Shown: piece by piece, positions 9,681 to 18,760 of the stretch
Numbering within the stretch: the stretch's first letter is position 1
Layout of the letters: every line of letters begins with the position of its first letter
Source of the DNA: a virus
Lineage: Duplodnaviria > Caudoviricetes
Strand: one strand, 5' to 3'
Virus record (IMG/VR): IMGVR_UViG_2894625894_000003
Coordinates: 87,535 to 151,534 of that record
Length of the DNA: 64,000 nt
Translations under genes and position numbers: made by a program
The notes under the pieces: model-generated
What the model was told of the DNA's origin: nothing
Databases searched by the model: none
The model's input: only the letters and a program-made list of their open reading frames with translations

Positions 9681-12600
9681 TTATGGATTCGTGGCCGTCA
9701 GATCCCGGTAAGAGATCCATTTTATTTTCAACTCCTCGTTGGTCAGCACCGTATTGTTGTTTCGTTTACGGAGCACGAACGTCGTGATGTCGGTATTGTC
9801 CCAGTTGGCCATACCCGTCATATCGATTTCTACCGTATGAAACTGACCATCATTGGCGACATTGAACTCTTTAAAAAATTCGCCCGAATTGACCAGTCCA
9901 GGTTTTACCCACCGCAACCACATGGCCCCGTCGGATGAAGTCAGCGCCATCCGTACATAGATCTTTTTGACTGTGCGGCCATTGATCCACCGTTCAGGCA
10001 GCGACACATTGTAGTCCCTTCCCGCGTTCTCCGTGTTAACCAAAGGTTTGACGGACAGGTACGAGGTAATGTTCTTTTCCAGCTGGTCTTCCGCTTTATG
10101 AAGAAAGAAACCCAGGCGGGATTTGCTGTTAAAGATGTATTCCGGTAAACCATTCCACTGAGCCTTCAGCCGGGTAAGACTGTTGACATAGGCCCGTATT
10201 TCGGCCTCGGTACCCTCCATGAAAGCCGCATCGAAGTCGTAGACACCATCCTTATCAATGCTCATCAAGGGAGCGGCTGCGAAATAGTTCGAGTTAAAGC
10301 TGGTCGGTTTATTGCTGGTAAAATTCTCCAGGTTAAACCCACCCACCGCAAACCGCGCATTATTACTAATGATGGCAATGTAGCGATCCAGCGTCCGGTG
10401 TTTCATCAGGATTACCGGTTCGGAGCCAAGTATAGGCGGGGCCGCGATGCCCCCCATGGCTTCGTTGTAGGAATACTCGATGAGTGGGGCGTTGGTAAAG
10501 GGCTGACCGGCAATGTAAAAAACCCGCTTGTAGTCAGTAGTCGTATACCAGCAGGGGGCCTCTTGCTGGCGGGGAGTAGGATATTTTGTTGAATAGGAAT
10601 CATTCCGGTCCATCTCCCAGCGGGCATGACGACGAACGACTTTCGAGTTACTTGGATCGAAATCAATCCAGCCCTTCATTTTCATCCGCCCGAAAATACC
10701 CGCCATGTCCCACTGGGCGGGCGTTGTTTCGTAGAACAACCTCGAACCACTGTTATGCAGGACAAGTGTATTACCGTACGTAGGATTCATCCCCGTACTA
10801 CCTCCTTGCACGGGATTGTAACCAATACTGCCGGCACCAGCGGGATGAAATTGTCCCGTTGATTGCCCTGCTTCGGTATAGTGCCCCTCACTATTTGGCC
10901 CCACATCGCCCCGTGGGTAGCCGTACATGGCATCCATGAGCTGGCGCCCCGCGTCGTCTTTTTGATTATCGGGCCAGATGGGGGAATTGACGGCACTAAA
11001 CAGACCACCATCGAACGACATGTAATCGATGACACTACCGAGCTTCGTGTTGACCGCAACCCGGGTATTGCCATTGATGATAAAGGCCCGAGGGAATTGG
11101 AGCGTGGCTGATGGCCGGTTTAGCTCGGGTAGATTAACATACGTACTGTTATCGGCATACAACCCGCCATAGCCCGTTGTGGGTACATTGGGAGTACCGG
11201 TTGTAATACTCGCCAATCCCTGAGCAATCCGTTTGGCAATCTCCAAATGTCCCGCATCATTCCAGTGAGCAGCTACACCCGAATGGGCATTCGGATTTGG
11301 TGGATCAAATTCCGTGGCCCGGTAGGCAGGGTAATCAACCCGGTCCGAGAAACTAATAAAGGTATAACCCCGCGAGGTCGCATACTCCTGAGCAGCGGCC
11401 GTTGACGTGGAATGGCCCGACCAGAAAGCCCCCCGAATCAGAATCCGACAATCACTGGTTTTAGGTATACGGCTGATTACCTGGTCGAGTCCAGCAAAGT
11501 ATTTTGCCTTGTCGAAGCTGGCTTCATAGATATTTTCCCCAATACTGATAACAATAGCCCCGAATGCCGGAGGGTTGTTACTAAACTGGTAATTGAGGTC
11601 CCCGGTGATTCGACTATTGTAGTCGTAATTACCATCCAGATAGGAATAGGTCTGTCCCTCGAAAGGAGCCCCGTGGGAACTACCGTAGACTTGTGCCGAG
11701 GGGTTAACCGTCCGAAGCATAGCCTGCAACCGGTGGACATAGTCCATCTCCAGGCTGCTGGCCGACATCCCGTTGCTACGCGGCCAGCCCGTAAACGAAC
11801 CCGCATAGGTAAACGAGTTACCAAAAACGTAAACGTAGTTGATACTGGGCAATCCCGAAATAATGGTCGTATTATCGGGCGGGGTGACTGTGGCTGAACC
11901 AGGCCGGCTGATTCGGATACTTTCGGACGCTAAGTAGGCCGTGGGGGTGATAGTAACGGTATTACTATTCTGAACAAAGCCTGCCACTACTGCCGTCAGG
12001 GACTTTATCTGCCCCCCTGTTCCGGCAAAGGAAAGGGCTTGAGGGGTGCCCCCGTTTACCGATACATTGGCCGTACCGGGTGTTGACGTACTCTGGTAGT
12101 TGAGCACCAGCGTATAACTCCCGGGACCAGGTACGTTGGGAATAGTATACGTTAAAGCTCCATCTTTGATTTTCCCCGATGGTGCATCTGGTTTATCCCA
12201 AATTGAACCAGGGCCTTCAGCTAAATAACTCGGAAAGGTCTGATCATAGGCCAGTACCGTTTCACTACCACATCCGGTTACTGACTGCCCAATGGTGATT
12301 GTCTTTGCCGGACAGTTGGCTTTGGTGGCTGTGGCGGTATAAAAATAGGTACCGTTGGTGGAGAGCTTGGCGGAAACCGTCTCGCCCGTAGATGATAAAA
12401 GACCGGCCCCCGTCCAGCTATAGCTAACCCCGTCACAGTTAGAACCTGCACAGGCAACCGAAAGGGAAAAGTTTGTATTACAGCCAACGCCAACTGGTAG
12501 AACCGTTGCCGTCAGCGTACCCATACAACTAGGTGTGGGGGTGACAGCATCCTTAATTACCCGTTCGGGCATGGCTTCACTGTTGGACGCCGTATATCGG

Positions 12601-14423
12601 TAATCGCCTGCCCAGGTAAACGTTTCCCCGTAAATATTGGTGAACCGCACCCGCATGTGCTGGGGCAGTAGTTGCACCCCCGCTGGCACATCATCGGGTT
12701 TGTAGGTATCAATGAAAGGTGCCCGCCCTTTGAGGGTAAAGAAGGTTGATTTACTCTTCCAGGTACCCGTATCCCACCAGACGTTGACAGTGACCTCATC
12801 TTCAGGATCCAATATTGGCCAGGCTGCCACCAGCTGGACATAGTTACCCGTTTCCGAGATACGTCCCCGGATAATAGGCTCGTTCCATTTATCAGGAGTA
12901 GCACTAATGGCCCGGATTGGCCGGATCCAGTAGTGATTACCCCAGGGCAGGTGATCAAATTCAGATGCCCGGTGGAGTGCTTTGGTAACCACTTCCCACT
13001 GGCCCAGACTGCTGGTATAACCCATCGAGCCACCCCGCTGGCCGGGAAAGTCAACCCTGTTTTCGTGACTGAGTGGTCCCCGTTGTAAATACTCCGAGTG
13101 CCACATCAAATCAGCATCGTGGAGCAGATACCGGAACAGCATACCGGCTTCCAGCCCTTCGGGATTCAGAGGCCGGCTATCTCCCTGTCCGGGTGCATTG
13201 GCTTCCTCGGTATGAACCCGGTACCAGTCTCCTGTCTTGATGTTGGCAAATTCAGCCCGGCGATCATTCTTTCGGAGCGGGTACTGTCCGCCGTTTAACC
13301 ACCAGCGGTGGGCATCATCAAACTGAACGTCCTCATAGAGCCAGGAGGTCCACCAATCGTATTCATTCTCGTTGTAAAAGTTGGGATCCTTGCCGTATAC
13401 GGTAAAGGTTTTGCCGTAAAGGGTTACCTGGCTATTATCCTCCCGAAGGATACGGCGCCCATTGACGAGCTTGTAGGACCCATCTCCATTTTTCTGGTAG
13501 ATGGTTCCCTGGCCAATGGTGTTTTTCCAGTAGTGGTCCCCCGAAGCGATACCACCCCCATTTGCTCGTAGGGCCTGGGCAATCGGAGAGTTCACATCGA
13601 CGGCCGCAATCTCGGAAAAACCCTTCCAGTACATGTTGTTGAGAAACTCCCGGTTTTCGTACCAGAGTTTACCACCAATGACCCGTCCCTGGTCGGCATG
13701 CCCCTTGTAGCTCATGGTGTTCGGGGCAACCTTCTGGCCGTAGGTAAACACCTTCGAGCCTTCACAAACTTCCAGAGCACCCAGGTAGAGATTACCCAGA
13801 AAGGTTCGCATGACTGTCTCGCCCCCCGCATCCCAGTAGTGAGCCGACTCCTCATCGATGGATATATATTTTGGGATCTTACCCCCACATATATCGTTTT
13901 TTAAAACGCCCCCAATCCAGCGGCCCATCAGCTTGGCGGCTTCCGTATTGGCCGTTGGAATCAGGCTATTGATGTATTTGCCGATTTCAGTTTTACGGGC
14001 ATCGGAGCTGGGTAGGCTGTTATAGGCGTTCTTAAAGGCATCCGGCATATTTGCCGGGCTTCCTGGCATATAGAAGACAGCAAACATCTTCTGCCCATCC
14101 AGACCCAGATCACGAGCATCTTCCGAATTGCCCGTTGTTTGGTAGAAGAACTGGGGAGCCATCTGGCTATAGCCGTGGCGAAGAGCGTCATCATCCCACT
14201 CTCCCGGAGCTCCGGGAGACTTGCGGAAGCGGGGTCCCCAGTAGAGTACATCATGCGTAGGCAGGGCAAAGCGGGGAAAGATCCGCCAGTTGACGACGGC
14301 TTTGGCGGCCTGCTGGGGCAATGGGTAGTCATTACCCTTGGGTCGCAGGTAATTCCGCATTATCTGGGCCGGCGAGAGCTGGCTAACCAGCAACAGCAGG
14401 GCTAAGAGAATCCGTTTGTTCAT
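9681..14423 (-). CDS. Large multidomain secreted-type protein with Ig-like, CBM-like and SGNH/GDSL hydrolase domains
   Basis: Signal peptide MNKRILLALLLLVSQLSPA-Q; FGNSFT, IGEN and HWNDAGH SGNH blocks; CBM6/35-like segment. Confidence 0.7.
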   Translation of the reverse strand: MNKRILLALLLLVSQLSPAQIMRNYLRPKGNDYPLPQQAAKAVVNWRIFPRFALPTHDVLYWGPRFRKSPGAPGEWDDDALRHGYSQMAPQFFYQTTGNSEDARDLGLDGQKMFAVFYMPGSPANMPDAFKNAYNSLPSSDARKTEIGKYINSLIPTANTEAAKLMGRWIGGVLKNDICGGKIPKYISIDEESAHYWDAGGETVMRTFLGNLYLGALEVCEGSKVFTYGQKVAPNTMSYKGHADQGRVIGGKLWYENREFLNNMYWKGFSEIAAVDVNSPIAQALRANGGGIASGDHYWKNTIGQGTIYQKNGDGSYKLVNGRRILREDNSQVTLYGKTFTVYGKDPNFYNENEYDWWTSWLYEDVQFDDAHRWWLNGGQYPLRKNDRRAEFANIKTGDWYRVHTEEANAPGQGDSRPLNPEGLEAGMLFRYLLHDADLMWHSEYLQRGPLSHENRVDFPGQRGGSMGYTSSLGQWEVVTKALHRASEFDHLPWGNHYWIRPIRAISATPDKWNEPIIRGRISETGNYVQLVAAWPILDPEDEVTVNVWWDTGTWKSKSTFFTLKGRAPFIDTYKPDDVPAGVQLLPQHMRVRFTNIYGETFTWAGDYRYTASNSEAMPERVIKDAVTPTPSCMGTLTATVLPVGVGCNTNFSLSVACAGSNCDGVSYSWTGAGLLSSTGETVSAKLSTNGTYFYTATATKANCPAKTITIGQSVTGCGSETVLAYDQTFPSYLAEGPGSIWDKPDAPSGKIKDGALTYTIPNVPGPGSYTLVLNYQSTSTPGTANVSVNGGTPQALSFAGTGGQIKSLTAVVAGFVQNSNTVTITPTAYLASESIRISRPGSATVTPPDNTTIISGLPSINYVYVFGNSFTYAGSFTGWPRSNGMSASSLEMDYVHRLQAMLRTVNPSAQVYGSSHGAPFEGQTYSYLDGNYDYNSRITGDLNYQFSNNPPAFGAIVISIGENIYEASFDKAKYFAGLDQVISRIPKTSDCRILIRGAFWSGHSTSTAAAQEYATSRGYTFISFSDRVDYPAYRATEFDPPNPNAHSGVAAHWNDAGHLEIAKRIAQGLASITTGTPNVPTTGYGGLYADNSTYVNLPELNRPSATLQFPRAFIINGNTRVAVNTKLGSVIDYMSFDGGLFSAVNSPIWPDNQKDDAGRQLMDAMYGYPRGDVGPNSEGHYTEAGQSTGQFHPAGAGSIGYNPVQGGSTGMNPTYGNTLVLHNSGSRLFYETTPAQWDMAGIFGRMKMKGWIDFDPSNSKVVRRHARWEMDRNDSYSTKYPTPRQQEAPCWYTTTDYKRVFYIAGQPFTNAPLIEYSYNEAMGGIAAPPILGSEPVILMKHRTLDRYIAIISNNARFAVGGFNLENFTSNKPTSFNSNYFAAAPLMSIDKDGVYDFDAAFMEGTEAEIRAYVNSLTRLKAQWNGLPEYIFNSKSRLGFFLHKAEDQLEKNITSYLSVKPLVNTENAGRDYNVSLPERWINGRTVKKIYVRMALTSSDGAMWLRWVKPGLVNSGEFFKEFNVANDGQFHTVEIDMTGMANWDNTDITTFVLRKRNNNTVLTNEELKIKWISYRDLTATNP

Positions 14424-14430
14424 AGAAAGG

Positions 14431-14450
14431 TGGGGACCCGAAGGTCCCCA
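14431..14450 (-). terminator. GC-rich hairpin with cUUCGg tetraloop (terminator or mRNA-stabilising hairpin)
   Basis: TGGGGACC-TTCG-GGTCCCCA on minus strand, 7 nt before ATG 14423. Confidence 0.6.
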
Positions 14451-14465
14451 GTCTAAAGCGAAAGG

Positions 14466-16700
14466 TTAGATGTCGGTATTCTGGGTACCGTCCAGGATAG
14501 GGGCTTGCTGGAGGGTGAAAGGGGTACTTTCGTAGTCGTTCCGGTTTTCACCACCCGACCAAATCTCATTGTAGGGCTGGTGGCCTCCCGGATCCGGGTT
14601 GGTTGGGGTATCGCCCAGCGTCGTGACGCAGAACACCCCACCGTAGGCCGACACCCCAACATTGTTTTTGGCCCGAACACGGTAGCAGTATTGCGTACCG
14701 GCCGTTAGTCCCGTATCGGTATAGTTGGTGGTATTGGCCGGAAGAGGGGCCAGGAGAGTAAAACCACTCACTGCACTGAGGGACCGTTCCAGCTCGTAGC
14801 CCGTTTCGTTGGTGGCACTGTCAAACCAGCTGATACTAATGACACTGCTGGAGAGGGCCAGTGCCGACAGCAGTGATGGGGCGGCCGGTAACGTAGGCTG
14901 CACAGGAGCCGGCTCAAAATACACGGCACCTAATGAGTCGGTACCGGAAACAAAACCAAATGGGGGCTCTAGTCCAGTCGGTTTAGCGAGTCCTCCTAAC
15001 CCCGTCGTTCCACCGGCCAGGCAGTTATCGGCAATGGTCTTGGACATGGTCACATCCGATCGGGTACGTACGTTATTGCCAACGGGGTAATACCGACCCA
15101 GTGCCAGATCCGCTGCCGACTGTAATACCAGCACCCAGCCACTGCTGAATTCTTTGGTCCGGATGGCAATACTCTGGCCATTGACCAGCCGAACACCCAC
15201 CTGTTGATCTTCTTCCATCATACAGGGTACTACCGGAGGGGTAACGACGGTAAAGGTCGCCGTCTTGGTATCGGTCAGTCCTAACTCGTCGGTTGTCGTC
15301 AGGGCAACGGGGTAAATACCCACTTGGGTAGGTGTGCCCGATGCAACGCGACCCGCACCGGAAATACCGGGAGGCAAACCATCCCACTGGTAGGAAAGGC
15401 TATGGCCGTCACTATCCGTTGATTCGGGAGCCGTATAACTAAAGGCTACACCCCGCGTCAGGGTTTTATTGTCGATAGGAGCTCCGACGGGTGGATGGTT
15501 GACTGGATCCGTCGTCGATAGAATCCGGGTTTCAGCATGGAGCACCTTCCCACAGTTATTCAGGGTGAGGATCACTAGCTGGCGAATGACGCCATTTTCC
15601 TCCTGGAGGCTGGTGGCAATGTAACCACAGGCTATGGGCGGATATACCCCGTTTTTGATATAGAGTACACTACTATTTTGTACGGGAATTGGCGTACTGA
15701 CGGGTACCTGTTCTTCGACAAGCTGGTAACCGCTCATCACTACACTTCGGAAGGACGGCTGTTGCAGCCAGTTAATCAGGCTGGCCTCGGAGCGAAATGG
15801 TTCCGCTGGCAGGTTTCCTTTTTTCCGAAGCACCGCCGTCATCAGGGGCCAATTCTGAATCTGAGTGGGCGTATAGGTGGCTCCCTGGCAAGCCTGATTA
15901 CAGGGAAAATCATCCAGCACGTGGGTAAAGACAACCTCAGATGATTTACAGGGTGGATCCGTGATGGTCTCCAGGTAGACACTATAGCTACCGGCTGGAA
16001 TAGGAATACCCAGGGAGAAGAGCACCGTGCCGTCGGTTTCCGCCCGGGCGCTGCCACTTTGAATGGTTACCCCCGTACTGGAAAGAATATAGCACCGATA
16101 CGGACCGGGGTTGGCACCTGTTCCCAGTGTGATGCGGTAGGTGCTACCGGCCTGTCCGGGTGGGGTGTCGATCCGATCGATCTGCTTGATGGGCAACCGG
16201 CAGGGTGTGGCATTGAGAACGACGATGGGAAACCGGGTTTCAATTTCCCCACAGGGGTTTTTAATTTTTACCGTCAGCGAAGCATTACCCGGTTGAAACC
16301 AGCGTACCGATACGGTAGGGGCATTGGCCCGGCCTTCAATACTTCCCCCGTAGCAGGTCCACTCATAAGTAAACTCGGGGGTACCATCGCTGGCAACAGT
16401 ATAAGCCAGCAGCCGGTCTGGCTGGGGCGTTTTCTCTCCCGTCAACAGCGCCGTGGTGACGGGCCGACAGGCTGTACCGACCGTAATATGAGCCGTGTAG
16501 GATTCCGAACGGCCGCTGCTCTCGGTGACGGTAATTACGTAAGCATGGGGCTTACCATCCGAGAGGGCATCGAACTGGATCGTCAGCTGGTCGTCATTAG
16601 CCGCGTACTGACGAAACCGTTCGGTGTCGGGGTCCCCTTCCATCCGGACCGAAATCTGATTCGGTACCAGGTTGGTGAGTTTGATGTAGGTTTCCGTCAT
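14466..16700 (-). CDS. Multidomain Ig-like protein (PKD, He_PIG-like, FN3), fibre/decoration
   Basis: NHPP...DSDGHSLSY..GLPPG..SGTPT (He_PIG-like); PAAPS..W.D...NETGYELER...YTDTGL..GTQYCYRVRA (FN3). Confidence 0.8.
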   Translation of the reverse strand: MTETYIKLTNLVPNQISVRMEGDPDTERFRQYAANDDQLTIQFDALSDGKPHAYVITVTESSGRSESYTAHITVGTACRPVTTALLTGEKTPQPDRLLAYTVASDGTPEFTYEWTCYGGSIEGRANAPTVSVRWFQPGNASLTVKIKNPCGEIETRFPIVVLNATPCRLPIKQIDRIDTPPGQAGSTYRITLGTGANPGPYRCYILSSTGVTIQSGSARAETDGTVLFSLGIPIPAGSYSVYLETITDPPCKSSEVVFTHVLDDFPCNQACQGATYTPTQIQNWPLMTAVLRKKGNLPAEPFRSEASLINWLQQPSFRSVVMSGYQLVEEQVPVSTPIPVQNSSVLYIKNGVYPPIACGYIATSLQEENGVIRQLVILTLNNCGKVLHAETRILSTTDPVNHPPVGAPIDNKTLTRGVAFSYTAPESTDSDGHSLSYQWDGLPPGISGAGRVASGTPTQVGIYPVALTTTDELGLTDTKTATFTVVTPPVVPCMMEEDQQVGVRLVNGQSIAIRTKEFSSGWVLVLQSAADLALGRYYPVGNNVRTRSDVTMSKTIADNCLAGGTTGLGGLAKPTGLEPPFGFVSGTDSLGAVYFEPAPVQPTLPAAPSLLSALALSSSVISISWFDSATNETGYELERSLSAVSGFTLLAPLPANTTNYTDTGLTAGTQYCYRVRAKNNVGVSAYGGVFCVTTLGDTPTNPDPGGHQPYNEIWSGGENRNDYESTPFTLQQAPILDGTQNTDI

Positions 16701-17182
16701 TAACAGTAGACCTCAAGCGTGGATACATCCGGCTCCGCGACAGGTTTGGTAATCTTGTCGATGTAGGCCGGGTTTTTTGAAATCAGATCGACCAGGGCCG
16801 CTACGTCCAGACAGGCCATGATCTCCCCGTTGTCAATCGTGAGTTTGATGAGCTTGTCGGGACAATCCTTGACCTTTAAGGGAGCCTGCTTGATCAGACA
16901 GAGCTCGGTATCGACGGCCTGGGCAAAGTCAGCCCAGCTGCTGATTTTATAGGATTTGGTCAAGCAGCACAGCTGACCCATCTGCATACTGCAGAGCCGA
17001 TCATCGATCTTTTCCAGGATCCGCTCCAGACTAGTACCATTCTTAATCCCCAGGCATCGGAGCTTAGAGGGTATGTTGGTATTACAGTGGTAGGTAATCC
17101 GGCTACTGTCGAAGGGTCCTACGGCCCGGCAATCCGGCGCCGGAGGGGGCTGGGGAGTGGTGCAGGGAGATTGGTTATTCAT
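16700..17182 (-). CDS. Cys-rich structural protein
   Basis: CLGIKNGTSLERILEKIDDRLC motif; TAATG coupling. Confidence 0.65.
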   Translation of the reverse strand: MNNQSPCTTPQPPPAPDCRAVGPFDSSRITYHCNTNIPSKLRCLGIKNGTSLERILEKIDDRLCSMQMGQLCCLTKSYKISSWADFAQAVDTELCLIKQAPLKVKDCPDKLIKLTIDNGEIMACLDVAALVDLISKNPAYIDKITKPVAEPDVSTLEVYC

Positions 17183-17660
17183 TCGGTAGGTAGGTTAGCG
17201 TCGAGGCACTGTATGAGGGAGCCGACACCAGGTCCCGCAGCCGGCATACCTCCCCTACCAGACTACTCAGCACCCCCTTCAGTGTCGTGGTTCCGGGTCC
17301 GCAGGCTCCCGACAGACACCCGGCATCGACACTGGTAACTAGACTCATCAGGGCCTCAGCCGTGAGTTTCTTATTTTGATTGTCGATGGTTTGCTGGAGG
17401 GCCTGATTTTTGGTGACCAGGGCCGAGAGTATCTGAGACAGTGACGCCCCCGGAGCAAGGCCGAGTGAATCCAACAATTCTTTAGGGAAGCTCAGTTGCT
17501 GTTTGTGGTGGTCGATTTCGGCATCCAGCACTGGCAGGATGTCCCCCACCAGCAGGGAGCCACAACTGGGCACCGGCACGAGCTTGAGCGGGGTGCCGTC
17601 ATAGGCAACACAGTGGGCCGCTGTCGGGGATGGACAGGGTGCCCGGCGGATTGGTGGCAT
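17175..17660 (-). CDS. Cys-rich structural protein
   Basis: CVAYDG, LGLAPGASLSQIL motif; coiled coil. Confidence 0.65.
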   Translation of the reverse strand: MPPIRRAPCPSPTAAHCVAYDGTPLKLVPVPSCGSLLVGDILPVLDAEIDHHKQQLSFPKELLDSLGLAPGASLSQILSALVTKNQALQQTIDNQNKKLTAEALMSLVTSVDAGCLSGACGPGTTTLKGVLSSLVGEVCRLRDLVSAPSYSASTLTYLPNE

Positions 17661-17661
17661 G

Positions 17662-17877
17662 TTAGAGTTGATTATACAGCGTCTGGAGCGGCTCGATTTG
17701 GGTTAGCCCAAAGGCTCGTGGATCGGTAAGCCGGTCGGTTAACCGGTTGATGAGTGCCAACCGGCAGTTGGGTGTGGCCTGGTAGCCATAGGCCAGCTGG
17801 CCGTAGAGGACATTGCCCGCCCGCAGGGTGTTATTGCAGGGCAGGTTCTGCGGTGTAACAGGGATGGGCTTGAACAA
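17662..17877 (-). CDS. Small hypothetical protein (TTG start uncertain)
   Basis: Fills the gap in the operon; stop 1 nt before next ATG. Confidence 0.45.
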   Translation of the reverse strand: MFKPIPVTPQNLPCNNTLRAGNVLYGQLAYGYQATPNCRLALINRLTDRLTDPRAFGLTQIEPLQTLYNQL

Positions 17878-18187
17878 GGGGCAGTAGCAGAAAGTCTTCG
17901 ACCTGACGCAGGCGGCTGGCTCCTACCGTGTTTTCGTAGACACAGTCGACGCCGGATTTGACAAACCCCAGGTACTGGTTGATATGAGAGAGGGAGGTGT
18001 TGAGGGCGGCCAGGGTACCGGGCTGGTTTTCCTCACTCAGTTTAAGACAGTGAAGGATATGCAGACTACGAAGCCGGCCAGCAGCTGATCCCAGGCAGTC
18101 CTGAGCAAAAGGAGCCTGGGGGTTGGCATTGACAAGGGCGGACGGCTGGTAAAGTGTGGGCAGGGGATTACTCTTGCAGTTACACAT
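17831..18187 (-). CDS. Hypothetical structural protein (MCNCKSNP...)
   Basis: Start reassigned to ATG 18187 overlapping upstream stop. Confidence 0.55.
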   Translation of the reverse strand: MCNCKSNPLPTLYQPSALVNANPQAPFAQDCLGSAAGRLRSLHILHCLKLSEENQPGTLAALNTSLSHINQYLGFVKSGVDCVYENTVGASRLRQVEDFLLLPLVQAHPCYTAEPALQ

Positions 18188-18692
18188 GGCTGAATGTATC
18201 CAGGAGACGGCTGGCCCGGTCGTATTGGGCCGTAGCCAGCGTGAAGTGACCCGCTTCGGCATTAGCAGCGCCAGCCCGCAGCAACACATCGAGTTGAGCC
18301 AGTTGATGACCCAGCTCATCGAGTTGCCGATCATCCGTATCACAGCCTACTGCCAGGAGCCACTTGTCAATTCGGGCATTGAGCTGGGAGGTTTTAAGGT
18401 AGTTCAGACAAACGGAAACCCGGTCGTGGGGAGCTACTGCATACCGTATCTGGTAGATACCGTCCGGTAGTTCAACCCGGCCGCCCAATCCTAACTCCCA
18501 GCCGGTCAGGGTTGTCAGGCCCGCTACGTTCATGGCGATAGTAGAAGCCGTCACCCGTCCAGGCAGGATCACATTCAGTAGGGCCTGCTCGGGTTCGGTA
18601 AAGTAGGCCGATCGGTCGAGAATGACCAGTGTCCGGCTGTCAGCCTCCGCTACGGCAGAGATAGCCAGGCTATGGCGTTTGATGGCTTGCAT
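18180..18692 (-). CDS. Conserved virion protein (possible tail hub)
   Basis: DRSAY, LPG, LPDGIYQIRYAVAP motifs; follows capsid-module terminator. Confidence 0.55.
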   Translation of the reverse strand: MQAIKRHSLAISAVAEADSRTLVILDRSAYFTEPEQALLNVILPGRVTASTIAMNVAGLTTLTGWELGLGGRVELPDGIYQIRYAVAPHDRVSVCLNYLKTSQLNARIDKWLLAVGCDTDDRQLDELGHQLAQLDVLLRAGAANAEAGHFTLATAQYDRASRLLDTFSHV

Positions 18693-18730
18693 AACAAAGA
18701 AAGGCCGGACGAGTCAACCCCGCCCGGCCT
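18693..18730 (-). terminator. Rho-independent terminator
   Basis: AGGCCGG...CCGGCCT stem with U-rich tail on minus strand. Confidence 0.6.
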
Positions 18731-18760
18731 ATTGAGATAGGGTTTCAGGAAAACGGATGC

